Source of the DNA: Microcoleus sp.
GTDB taxonomy: Bacteria > Cyanobacteriota > Cyanobacteriia > Cyanobacteriales > Microcoleaceae
NCBI GenBank assembly: GCA_052279835.1
Contig: CP181291.1
Span: 3,904,001 to 3,968,000, forward strand
Direction of reading: 5' to 3'
DNA: 64,000 nt
A program made the translations under genes and the position numbers. Of the stretch, positions 42,188 to 51,745 are shown piece by piece; position 1 is the stretch's first letter, and each line of letters opens with the position of its first letter. The notes under the pieces are model-generated. The model was given only the letters and a program-made list of their open reading frames with translations. It was not told the origin of the DNA and made no database searches.

Positions 42188-42619
42188 CTACTTGGTTTTT
42201 ACCTGACGAGCCATTTCCCGGAAATTATTCATGCTGGGTCCAGGAGTCCTACGGCTGGTATTTGGTGTTGGCATTAAATTATTAGGAGCAAAGGTCCGAG
42301 TCGGTTCGCTAGAACTCGGTACTTTTCCGTTAGTTGCTGCTGCTGTGGCTACTTTCACAGGTTCTTTTTCTGGCTGAGGCTTTTTGGCCGTTTCTGTCTT
42401 GGCTTTCTTGGCGGGTTCCGATTTGGGAGCACTCGCTTTTGCTACTGCTGGGACTGCGACTACTGGTTCAGGCTGTTTAGCAGCAGCAAGCTCAACTTTC
42501 GGTGACTCCTTCCCATCAGAGTTTCCCAAATCTAGAAAATATTCAGACTTTTTGAAGCCCAACAATCCGCCGATAAACCCGAAAATAGCACCGAAGAAAT
42601 TTTTGATAAAACCAAACAT
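42188..42619 (-). CDS. Hypothetical protein (YFL motif, Ala/Pro/Lys-rich, RRTPGPSM..F..MA tail)
   Basis: ATG ORF with AGGAG RBS. Confidence 0.75.
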   Translation of the reverse strand: MFGFIKNFFGAIFGFIGGLLGFKKSEYFLDLGNSDGKESPKVELAAAKQPEPVVAVPAVAKASAPKSEPAKKAKTETAKKPQPEKEPVKVATAAATNGKVPSSSEPTRTFAPNNLMPTPNTSRRTPGPSMNNFREMARQVKTK

Positions 42620-42925
42620 TAGATTTACTCCTTTTGTTTTTTTAGAGAAATTTGTACCAGCTTGTCAACAAAGTTAGACTACGAGGTAAAGAAACTTTTG
42701 TCTATATTTCTTCATCAAAATTTACATTTCGTGAGTAAAAACACCGCTACTATAGTAATTTTTACTCAGCAATAGTAGTCTGAGCTTTGCACTTATTTAC
42801 GATTATCTCAGAATTGATGACAGATTTCCGACTTAACTCGATCCGATTGGTCATCTGTCCCACTAGGGGTCAAACTCCCTAGGTTAGTGATTTATGCTGT
42901 AGTCGATCAGAAATTTCCTCTCCAA

Positions 42926-43543
42926 ATGAACAGTTCGCTCGATCGCAATCCAGTCATCCTGGTACATGGTATCTGGGATACAAAAACAATTTTCAACACT
43001 TTGTCAGCCCACCTCAGTCAACTCGGATGGCCTGTACATAGCCTCAACCTCACCCCCAACGACGGTAGCCTCGGTCTCGACTTACTAGCGAAGCAACTAG
43101 CAGACTACATTTCTGAGGCTTTCGATCCAGAACAGGCGATCGACATAGTAGGCTACAGCATGGGCGGCATAGTCAGCCGCTACTACGTTCAGCGACTGGG
43201 AGGGATTAATCGCGTCCAGCGTTTCATCACCATATCTTCCCCCCACAACGGCACTCTCACCGCCTATTCTCTCCCCTTACCAGGATACTTGCATATGCGT
43301 CCCGATAGTGACTTACTGCGGGATTTAAATCAAGATGTCACCATCCTCAAACGCATCAATTTCACATCTATGTGGACACCCTTTGACATAATGATAGTCC
43401 CGGCAAAAAGCTCCCAAATGCCAGTAGGTAAAGAATTGAAACTCAATGTTTTGCTGCACCGCCAAATGGTAACAGATCCCCAAAGTATTAACGCATTAGT
43501 TGAAGAACTAACAGCACCTATTAAAAATAAAATTTCCAGCTAA
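42926..43543 (+). CDS. Alpha/beta-fold lipase/esterase, paralog 1
   Basis: LVHG, GYSMGG, SPHNGT, catalytic D and H. Confidence 0.92.
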   Translation: MNSSLDRNPVILVHGIWDTKTIFNTLSAHLSQLGWPVHSLNLTPNDGSLGLDLLAKQLADYISEAFDPEQAIDIVGYSMGGIVSRYYVQRLGGINRVQRFITISSPHNGTLTAYSLPLPGYLHMRPDSDLLRDLNQDVTILKRINFTSMWTPFDIMIVPAKSSQMPVGKELKLNVLLHRQMVTDPQSINALVEELTAPIKNKISS

Positions 43544-43545
43544 TC

Positions 43546-44157
43546 ATGAATAGCAATTCTAGCTATAACCCAGTGTTACTGATTCACGGCATCTTCAGAA
43601 AATCGGGGATTTTCAATAAAATGTCCCGCCATCTAACCCAACTAGGATGGTCAGTATATAGCCTTGACCTCGCACCCAATTGGGGCAACACTACCCTGGA
43701 AGAATTAGCCCAACAACTGGCAGATTATATAGACACAAACTTCGACCCAGAACAGCCTTTAGATTTAGTAGGATTGAGCATGGGAGGTTTGGTCGCTCGC
43801 TACTATCTGCAAAGGCTAGGCGGAATTAACCGAGTGCAGCGATTTATTGCCATATCTTCTCCTCATAGTGGCACTTGGACTGCTTACACTTTGTGGGGAA
43901 AAGGCTGTGTTCAAATGCGTCCTGGTAGTGTTTTTTTAGAAGATTTGAATCGAGATGCTAATCTGTTGAAAAAGCTTAACTTTACTTCTATTTGGACACC
44001 TTGGGATTTCATCATTGTCCCTGCTTCAAGTTCCCAAATATCCGCAGCCAAAGATGTGAAGTTGTCAGTATTTGCTCATGCTATGATGGCGAGAAATTCT
44101 CGGAGCTTAACAGCAGTTGCTGAAGCACTTTCAGAACCCTTGCAAGTTCACCATTAG
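43546..44157 (+). CDS. Alpha/beta-fold lipase/esterase, paralog 2
   Basis: LIHG, GLSMGG and SPHSGT; aligns with paralog 1 throughout. Confidence 0.92.
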   Translation: MNSNSSYNPVLLIHGIFRKSGIFNKMSRHLTQLGWSVYSLDLAPNWGNTTLEELAQQLADYIDTNFDPEQPLDLVGLSMGGLVARYYLQRLGGINRVQRFIAISSPHSGTWTAYTLWGKGCVQMRPGSVFLEDLNRDANLLKKLNFTSIWTPWDFIIVPASSSQISAAKDVKLSVFAHAMMARNSRSLTAVAEALSEPLQVHH

Positions 44158-44220
44158 GCTAACTTAATAAAACCTAAAATTGTCTTTTTTCTGGCAAATG
44201 GTGATTATTTCTCGCTACCA

Positions 44221-44652
44221 TCAAACAGCATCGCCCACTTGGGCATATTCGCTGCGCCCAAAAATTGCCTCAGCTTCACAGTAATACTTGAATTCCAGTA
44301 TATTGTGAGCAGGGTCTTCTAAGAAGAAAGTGCGGTGTTCTGTAGGCAAACCGACAAACCGTCTTCTCGATTCTTGATAGAAGTTCAAGTTGTTTTGTTG
44401 TGCTTTTTCTAACAAGCTTTCCCAGTCGGCCTCGGAGGTAAAAACTAATCCAAAATGTCGGGGATAGATACCTCTTTGAGGTGTCAAAGGTTCGTGGCTA
44501 AGGTGGGCGACAATTTGATGACCGCACAAACCCATAATCACCGAATTTGGGGATTCGCGACCTAATTCGCAGCCGAGCCCGTCCACATAGAAGGCTTTTG
44601 TTTGAGCAATATCGCTCACGGGGAAGGCAAGATGAAATAAGACTTTGTTCAT
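44221..44652 (-). CDS. VOC/glyoxalase-family protein
   Basis: FHLAFPV, PRHFG and DPAHNILEFK motifs. Confidence 0.9.
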   Translation of the reverse strand: MNKVLFHLAFPVSDIAQTKAFYVDGLGCELGRESPNSVIMGLCGHQIVAHLSHEPLTPQRGIYPRHFGLVFTSEADWESLLEKAQQNNLNFYQESRRRFVGLPTEHRTFFLEDPAHNILEFKYYCEAEAIFGRSEYAQVGDAV

Positions 44653-44664
44653 GGAGGTAAAAAG

Positions 44665-45483
44665 ATGACTGTGCAGAATTCTGAGTTGTGGTTTAATTAT
44701 TTATCTTGGTCTAATCCTTGGTTGGTGGCGATCGCCCTCAATACAATTTTACTGGCGATCGCCACCATTAGTCCCAAAAAATTACTCACTCCGGCTGGGC
44801 AATTTCACGGCTGGCTGCTGGGTGTCATCATCTGGGGTTGTTTGGGATGGCAAGGCTATGCTGTGGTGATGTTCTATTTTCTCGTGGGATCGGGAGTTAC
44901 TCGGATTGGCAAAGCCCAAAAAGAGGCAGAAGGCATAGCCGAAAAGCGTTCCGGCGCGCGAGGTCCGGAAAATGTGTGGGGTTCTGCTTTAACTGCTACT
45001 CTTTGTGCCTTGGGAGTTTTGGTATTATCTATTTTAGGAGAGACAGGCAAGATGCCTGTTTCACAAGAGCTAATTTCCTGGTTATTGCTGGGCTATGCGG
45101 CTAGTTTTTGTACTAAACTTGCCGACACGAGTGCTAGTGAAATTGGTAAAGCTTATGGCAAGCGGACGTTTTTGATTACTACTTTAAAGCCAGTACCTAG
45201 GGGGACGGAAGGGGCTGTCAGTTTAGAAGGAACTCTCGCTGGTATTTTCGCCTCTATTCCGATCGCACTTTTGAGTTGGGCTGTGGGTTTAATAGACTTG
45301 ACAGGAATTGTTTTTTGTGTTATTGCAGCTTTTATTGCTACTAACATCGAGAGCGTGATTGGGGCAACCCTCCAATCAAAGTTTGAGTGGCTCACCAATG
45401 AAGTGGTGAATTTTGTAAATACTCTGATCGGAGCGATCGCAGCGATCGTGTTAGCCTTAGCCTGGACAGCTTTTTTCGCTTAG
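44665..45483 (+). CDS. DUF92 membrane protein (VTE6-like phytyl-phosphate kinase family)
   Basis: RGPENVWGS, KLADTSASEIG, GTEGAVSLEGT and NEVVN motifs. Confidence 0.88.
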   Translation: MTVQNSELWFNYLSWSNPWLVAIALNTILLAIATISPKKLLTPAGQFHGWLLGVIIWGCLGWQGYAVVMFYFLVGSGVTRIGKAQKEAEGIAEKRSGARGPENVWGSALTATLCALGVLVLSILGETGKMPVSQELISWLLLGYAASFCTKLADTSASEIGKAYGKRTFLITTLKPVPRGTEGAVSLEGTLAGIFASIPIALLSWAVGLIDLTGIVFCVIAAFIATNIESVIGATLQSKFEWLTNEVVNFVNTLIGAIAAIVLALAWTAFFA

Positions 45484-45524
45484 TTATAAATCACCAGTCA
45501 TTAGTCTCAAGCGGTCAATTCATT

Positions 45525-45616
45525 AATGACTAATGACTAATGACTAATGACTAATGACTAATGACTAATGACCAATGACCAATGACCAATGACCAATGAC
45601 CAATGACCAATGACCC
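45525..45616. repeat. STRR array (AATGACT/AATGACC)n
   Basis: About 13 tandem heptamers between convergent genes. Confidence 0.92.
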
Positions 45617-45627
45617 ATCACTAATAA

Positions 45628-46614
<987 letters not shown>

Positions 46615-46976
46615 TCAGTTAAGTCAAGCTTTAGCTGAAGAAAGCGGTTTTAATTCCAGGCCAGACAAAATAAAAGCACCATCTATTACCACAACAGATG
46701 AGAAGCTCTCGATACCGTGACTGACCAGGGTAGAGCCTTCTAGGGGTAAAGACCTTGGGGATCTAAACCCCTTTGGAATCCAGCATAACTGACTGTCGTC
46801 AGAAAGGTTGCTACCAATCCCCCTATTTACCAATTTAATTGGGCAAAATGCTCCCGCGACTCGCTAGAATAAAAAATTTACCAACTACTGCCGATTGGCC
46901 ACAGGCTGAGCAAGTCCTTGGCTAGTAATTAAATAGACAAAATGGTACACTTATTGACAAACCTCTAAGTGTATTT

Positions 46977-47627
46977 ATGTTTAAACCTCACCAATTTGCT
47001 GAAAAACTTGGACTTTCTGTAAAGACCCTTCAGCGCTGGGATGCCAGCGGAAAGTTGCCAGCCAAGCGTACCTTGTCAGGTCATCGATTCTACACAGAAG
47101 ATGACCTTTTGATAGCCAACGGACTCAAGCCCATAGAAGCCAAGAGAAAAACAATTGTCTACTGCCGAGTTTCTTCTAGCAGTCAAAAGCCCGAATTAAA
47201 AAATCAGGTACTGGCAATGGAAGCTTTTTGTCTAGGTAGAGGGTTTGCCGTCGATGAGTGGGTATCAGAAATTGGGGGCGGACTAAACTTTAAGCGCAAA
47301 AAGTTTCTAGCAATTATGCTGTCAATGCTTAAAGGTGAAATATCAACCATAGTAGTTGCACACAAAGATAGAATGTGCCGTTTTGCCTTTGAATTTATTC
47401 AAGAACTTGCAATATCAGTCGGATGTGAAATTGTAGTAGCAAATCAGGAGTCGTTGTCTCCTCAACAGGAATTAGTGGAAGATTTGATGGCGATAATTCA
47501 TTGCTTCTCTTGTCGCCTTTATGGTCTAGGAGTTTACTCTAAACAAATAAAAGAAACCTTGAAAAATGCTATTGACAAACCTATACAAGAGCTATCAGAA
47601 TCAGACAAAAAAGACATACAGTGTTGA
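46977..47627 (+). CDS. tnpA: IS607 serine transposase TnpA
   Basis: MerR-like HTH (SVKTLQRWD), YCRVSS, GGGLNFKRK, KDR..RF and ELVEDL...FSCRLYG motifs. Confidence 0.95.
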   Translation: MFKPHQFAEKLGLSVKTLQRWDASGKLPAKRTLSGHRFYTEDDLLIANGLKPIEAKRKTIVYCRVSSSSQKPELKNQVLAMEAFCLGRGFAVDEWVSEIGGGLNFKRKKFLAIMLSMLKGEISTIVVAHKDRMCRFAFEFIQELAISVGCEIVVANQESLSPQQELVEDLMAIIHCFSCRLYGLGVYSKQIKETLKNAIDKPIQELSESDKKDIQC

Positions 47628-47636
47628 GGCCGAACA

Positions 47637-47700
47637 ATGCTTTTGTCCATCAAAACAAAGTTAAAGCTAAATAAGAATCAAGCAACAATAATGTCTAGAC
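47637..47700 (+). pseudogene. tnpB: tnpB 5' stub
   Basis: MLLSIKTKLKLNKNQATIMSR resembles the TnpB N-terminus; similarity then stops at the putative right end. Confidence 0.7.
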
Positions 47701-47934
47701 AAGTCTTGGATTTGTCTAGCAGTCTAACTCTAGATAAATGGCGCTTAAAGGTTGAGTTGATAGTGTTTTGCTACACCAAAGATTATATTCTTGTCACTGG
47801 TAACAAAAAGTAGATTTGTCTCCCGAATCTGAAAAAGTAGAATTATCGAAAATCCGAGCTATCGACTGAACAGCTCGAAACCAACCTCTAACCAACTTTG
47901 TGGAATAATTTGATTTCATCCAAGGCCATTAAAG

Positions 47935-48156
47935 TTATTGTAGCGAGTTAGTTTCAGTGCTGGCGGAGCTGAAATCACGGCGTTGAGTATTTCTGCTGGG
48001 AGGACGATCGCCTCTTTGTTGAGTTTGCGCTGACAACATATATTGAGCAGTGGAAGTTTCTAACTGTGCGATAGGAGATTCAATAGATAGACCAGCGGTA
48101 GCACTCAAGAAGATGCCAGACAGGCTCAATAAAGCAATTGCGGTGTAGTTTTTCAT
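47935..48156 (-). CDS. PatX paralog with divergent motif (PSRNTQRR)
   Basis: Signal peptide; aligns with the neighbour (YMLSAQTQQRGDRPPSRNTQRRDF vs YIFSAQTQQKGDRSPERGSGRREF). Confidence 0.8.
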   Translation of the reverse strand: MKNYTAIALLSLSGIFLSATAGLSIESPIAQLETSTAQYMLSAQTQQRGDRPPSRNTQRRDFSSASTETNSLQ

Positions 48157-48186
48157 GGGTAGTATCCGTATCGGTGTATATTTATA

Positions 48187-48215
48187 GATACGGACACTAC
48201 TCAGGCAGATCGGGA
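48187..48215 (-). promoter_or_regulatory. DIF1-like promoter motif of the patX paralog
   Basis: TCCCGA-N18-GTATC, 30 nt upstream of the ATG. Confidence 0.55.
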
Positions 48216-48292
48216 TGAATTTATATAAAATCTATTGTTTTAGTAATGAAAAACAGCCTTGATGCACTGCTAATTAGATTGCTATAATATAC

Positions 48293-48336
48293 AAAACCGC
48301 CAAATAGGAGACTCACTGTCTCCATAAATGGCGGTT
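48293..48336 (-). terminator. Putative intrinsic terminator between the two patX copies
   Basis: Hairpin AACCGCCA..GGAGAC/GTCTCC..TGGCGGTT ending in a T-run on the minus strand. Confidence 0.55.
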
Positions 48337-48504
48337 GAAGGTTTAGACTTTCTCATCACATAAAAGGATATCCGAATGACAATAAACAAGAAGTGAAGTT
48401 ACCAGGCAAATCTGAAAAACTAGCAGCCCAGAAAATTAGATTGAGCGATCGACACAGACGGTCAAAACAAACTCAATAACGGAACTCGCTTTCATGCAAC
48501 GTCA

Positions 48505-48699
48505 TTAAAATGCTTGTAGGAGATGAAACTCTCGGCGTCCGCTGCCTCTTTCAGGAGAACGATCGCCCTTTTGTTGAGTTTGGGCAGAGAAAATGTAGTT
48601 CGCGGTGGCAATTTCAAGCAGTTCGACTAGAGATGAAAAAACTCGATCGAGCTTAGCGCTCAAAATACCAAGTAAAGGAAAAAATGTGTAATTTTGCAT
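48505..48699 (-). CDS. patX: PatX (RGSGR-containing HetR inhibitor peptide)
   Basis: PERGSGRRE motif near the C-terminus; small ORF between an FAD oxidoreductase gene and hetR. Confidence 0.88.
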   Translation of the reverse strand: MQNYTFFPLLGILSAKLDRVFSSLVELLEIATANYIFSAQTQQKGDRSPERGSGRREFHLLQAF

Positions 48700-48731
48700 G
48701 AGGTTAATATCCGTGTCAGTGTCTATTAACT

Positions 48732-48759
48732 GATACAGACTCTCCCCCATCTATCAGGA
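48732..48759 (-). promoter_or_regulatory. DIF1-like promoter motif of patX
   Basis: TCCTGA-N17-GTATC, 32 nt upstream of the ATG. Confidence 0.55.
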
Positions 48760-48776
48760 TAAAATTCTGGGAAATT

Positions 48777-50795
48777 TCAGGACTTATGCAAAAAACCTGA
48801 TTTTGGCAACTCAACTGCCTCTACCAGCAGCCACAAACCAGCTAAATTCAGCCTCCCCCACACTTTCAGAAGCTTCTGACTTTCGCAACTGTGTAAAAAC
48901 TCGTCGATTTGAGGATCTAAAGTCACCAGTTTCCAAATTCGATCGCCATGGGAGGGCGCATCAGTCAGCGTCAGGGCGTAATCTTGTTCGCCTCGGCGGT
49001 GGAAAATCCCATGCAAGGGAGTTTGAGTATTTCTGCTGTCAGCGATCGGTTTATCTACGGACAAAGGACACTTGCCACTGGCGGGATATGAAGAAGGTCG
49101 ATCGAGATAATAGCGTTGCCAGTATAGCCAATCCGATCGACTCGGTGTCAAATTAAATAAAGGAATAACTGCCGCCCTAGCCTCCACATCTTGCAGCAAA
49201 GCCTCCTGCAAAACTCTGACTGGCAAATCCCGCGGCTGACATCCCCGCCGCACACACAAAGCCGCCGCCATCCCCGCCGCCTGTCCAATATTCATTACCG
49301 TAGGTTGCAAACGAGTGGCACCATTAGCGATGTGAGAAACAGAAATATTTTTTTCGCAAACTAGCAAACCATCGGTATTCGCCGGAATCAGCGCACTGTA
49401 AGGAATAGTAAAAGGAGTTCCCGTCCACCGCCCGCCCCAGCGGATCGATTTTGGCTGCAAGGGAATGTCGCCACTAGGGTAGTGGTGATCGTTGGCGTAG
49501 TTGCCGATCGCAATTGTTTCACAAATTCCCTCAGCATTTATGGGCAACTTCGCGACTCTGCCGCCGGCAACGGGCAAAATATCTTGTTCTCGGATTGTTT
49601 TTACTCCTTGCAAGCGGCGACTTTCTCGGTAGTAGGGGTGGAGGGCGAAGGCTGAAGTCAAGCCCTCCCTAGGCCCAGTCAAGCCCTCCCCAGTCAAGCC
49701 CTCCCCAGGCCCAGTTAACCCCCCCCTACCCCCCCCAAGGGGGGAATGAAATAAGAGAGAATCCTCTGCTTGGGGGGAAGGAAATAAGGCAGAATCCTCT
49801 GCTTGGGGGGAAGCAAATAAGGCAGAATTCTCTGCTTGGGGGGAAGCAAATAAGGGAGAAGAATTTTGGGGATTTTTGATGTTAGAAGTGGGGAAAATGT
49901 TCTGTGCTAAACCATAGCGGCGGCCGAGTTGAGTTTGAATGTAGCGGGCGAAACTTTGACTATGCCACAGACTTTCTTGAAGGAATTCTGTTTGCGATGT
50001 TTCAGATCCAATTAGTCGATCGACCTTAAAGCCATAATCATTACCCCGAATCGGCCAATTAATCATGAGCAACCCACCCGGAAGTCGGCCATAATTGAGA
50101 AAATCTTCAGGAGTATAATTATCCCAAGCTCCGGTAAAGCGATCGGGTTCGTGAATTGGTGGCGCGGGAATTTCTGGCGCTACAGCACCTTCCCCAAAAT
50201 CCTGCATCATTACTACCCAAGTCGGAGCTTGTATGGGATATGTTTGTGTCAGATCGTTAGGTGCGATCGGTGCGCTAGGTTCTCCAAATTCTGCTTGAAA
50301 CTCCCAACCCCAACGGTGAGGAACCTCACCCACAGCCAATAAATCTCCCAATTCCGTAGCATCCAAAGTGACTGTAGCTGACACCATAAAATCGGGGAAT
50401 TGAACGCCAACAATGCGATCGCCTTCCTTCAGCACACCTTGAACTTTTTGTCCAGAAATCCAGCGCAGATTTGGTAAACACTTAACCCAATCAGCAAAAA
50501 TTTCTGCACCAATGCGCGGATCGTAAGTAAAAAAACTGACCCAGCCCCAATCTAAACCTTCCTGATGTCGCTGCTGAAGTTCGCGGAGAAAAGCACCCCA
50601 CAAACCAGTCCCAAAAGCGGCTAATTCGTTACCATCGGGAGCCGAAACCCCAGCAGAAGTAAGCATACCGCCCAACCAAGGAAACTCACTCACCAAAATA
50701 GTTTTGGCACCACAGCGGGCTGCTTGTATGGCGGCTGCTGTGCCACCAGTACCGCCACCAACTACTAAAACATCGGCTGTTAAGACAGAAGACAT
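48777..50795 (-). CDS. FAD-dependent oxidoreductase (with repeat-derived insert)
   Basis: DVLVVGGGTGG, LGGMLT, DATELGD, RESRR and GQAAG motifs. Confidence 0.92.
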   Translation of the reverse strand: MSSVLTADVLVVGGGTGGTAAAIQAARCGAKTILVSEFPWLGGMLTSAGVSAPDGNELAAFGTGLWGAFLRELQQRHQEGLDWGWVSFFTYDPRIGAEIFADWVKCLPNLRWISGQKVQGVLKEGDRIVGVQFPDFMVSATVTLDATELGDLLAVGEVPHRWGWEFQAEFGEPSAPIAPNDLTQTYPIQAPTWVVMMQDFGEGAVAPEIPAPPIHEPDRFTGAWDNYTPEDFLNYGRLPGGLLMINWPIRGNDYGFKVDRLIGSETSQTEFLQESLWHSQSFARYIQTQLGRRYGLAQNIFPTSNIKNPQNSSPLFASPQAENSALFASPQAEDSALFPSPQAEDSLLFHSPLGGGRGGLTGPGEGLTGEGLTGPREGLTSAFALHPYYRESRRLQGVKTIREQDILPVAGGRVAKLPINAEGICETIAIGNYANDHHYPSGDIPLQPKSIRWGGRWTGTPFTIPYSALIPANTDGLLVCEKNISVSHIANGATRLQPTVMNIGQAAGMAAALCVRRGCQPRDLPVRVLQEALLQDVEARAAVIPLFNLTPSRSDWLYWQRYYLDRPSSYPASGKCPLSVDKPIADSRNTQTPLHGIFHRRGEQDYALTLTDAPSHGDRIWKLVTLDPQIDEFLHSCESQKLLKVWGRLNLAGLWLLVEAVELPKSGFLHKS

Positions 50796-51184
50796 GAGGA
50801 TTTTAAATTTTAAATTTTAAGTAGAAAGAAGATGGAAGATGGAAGATGGAATATCTAAGAAGAACCCCCCCTACCCCCCCCAAGGGGGGAAAATGGAAGA
50901 GGGAAGATGGAAGATGGAAGATGGGAGATGGCTCAAGGACTGCGTTGATCCAGCCCTTCGACCTTTCGCCGGAGAATTCAATATTACCGATATTACCAAT
51001 TCCTGTTGCCTCCAAGACTGGATATTTTATTTTTTCACACAAATCTATAACTCCACAATTACTTTTAAGCTATTGTTGTAAGATGGCAATTCCCATCAAA
51101 AAAAAATCCGAAAATGGGGAACCCCGATAGTAAAGTCAGGCGTCGGGTAAATGTCACCATTCATTAGTTACAAAGCAATTGAAC

Positions 51185-51709
51185 ATGAACAAAGGTTTTA
51201 TTTTGTGGTTCACCGGACTGAGCGGTTCTGGCAAAACAACTATTAGCCTAGCTCTGGAACCAGAGTTGAAAGCCAGAGGCTGCAAAGTGGAAATTTTGGA
51301 TGGAGATGTGGTGCGTACCAACTTATCAAAAGGTTTGGGATTTAGCAAAGAAGACCGAGATACCAATATTCGGCGGATTGGATTTGTCGCTCACCTGCTG
51401 AGCCGCAATGGAGTTGTTGCCATTACCGCGGCCATTAGCCCCTACCAAGCAATTCGCGACGAAGTTAGAGCCATGGAACCTAACTTTGTGGAGGTATATG
51501 TGAAAGCGTCCCTAGAAGCGTGTGAAGTGCGGGATGTCAAAGGGATGTACGCCAAAGCCAGAAAAGGTGAAATTAAGGGGTTTACAGGAATTGACGATCC
51601 CTATGAAGCACCCCTTAATCCAGAGATTATTTGTTGCACAGAAAAGGAAAGTGTGACAGAGTGTGTGGAAAAAATTCTGAGTAAATTAGAGGAGTTGGGT
51701 TACATTTGA
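51185..51709 (+). CDS. cysC: Adenylyl-sulfate kinase
   Basis: [16 protein letters not shown] and FTGIDDPYE motifs. Confidence 0.97.
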   Translation: MNKGFILWFTGLSGSGKTTISLALEPELKARGCKVEILDGDVVRTNLSKGLGFSKEDRDTNIRRIGFVAHLLSRNGVVAITAAISPYQAIRDEVRAMEPNFVEVYVKASLEACEVRDVKGMYAKARKGEIKGFTGIDDPYEAPLNPEIICCTEKESVTECVEKILSKLEELGYI

Positions 51710-51745
51710 TGGTGATGGGTTAGCAAAAGGATCGGGCAAAAAACG

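Larger units (their letters stand above)
46920..47723 (+). mobile_element. IS607-family element with internally deleted tnpB (ends approximate)
   Basis: TnpA plus tnpB stub; repeated (T/A)GACAAA motifs at the left end and TTTGTCTAG at the right end. Confidence 0.8.

Noticed and set aside
42926..44157. Tandem lipase paralogs as a novel system
   Set aside because: An ordinary diverged duplication of a common alpha/beta hydrolase
47637..47810. Functional TnpB/omegaRNA nuclease
   Set aside because: Only ~21 N-terminal codons remain; no RuvC or zinc-finger motifs
48700..48750. Upstream ATG for patX given by the ORF track
   Set aside because: It overlaps the promoter motif; the paralog alignment (MQNYT vs MKNYT) supports the ATG at 48699
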